Part shown: piece by piece, positions 8,800-11,329 of the stretch
Layout of the letters: every line of letters starts with the position of its first letter
Numbering within the stretch: the stretch's first letter is position 1
DNA from: a bacterium
GTDB lineage: Bacteria; SAR324; NAC60-12
Reading direction: 5' to 3'
DNA length: 11,329 nt
NCBI GenBank assembly: GCA_965233585.1
Contig: CBDDTI010000057.1
Location: 1-11,329 of the forward strand
Notes under the pieces: generated by a model
Told to the model about the DNA's origin: nothing
Databases searched by the model: none
The model's input: only the letters and a program-made list of their open reading frames with translations
Position numbers and translations under genes: made by a program

Positions 8800-11329
<2,530 letters not shown>

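Overview
Eukaryotic, AT-rich, repeat-dense animal genomic DNA; the repeat types suggest a cnidarian such as a stony coral (inference). The only intact gene is a 3-exon 40S ribosomal protein S15 (RPS15/uS19, 146 aa) on the minus strand: ATG-only coding exon 4573-4575, then 4086-4409 and 1378-1491, with a TCT/5'TOP start and an AATAAA signal. Its 2.6-kb intron 2 holds a RecQ-helicase relic, a decayed Penelope-like element (GIY-YIG plus a hammerhead-like remnant), a candidate H/ACA snoRNA and a Harbinger-type MITE. Outside the gene lie Kolobok- and Harbinger-type MITEs, a foldback element and nested hairpin-ended repeats. An (ATT)n field from about 7680 onward holds two palindromic insertions of a 249-bp tRNA-containing unit and a 5'-truncated, decayed CRE-like non-LTR retrotransposon. 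The tRNA-containing insertions are the most unusual feature, because their architecture resembles Penelope-like elements rather than SINEs.
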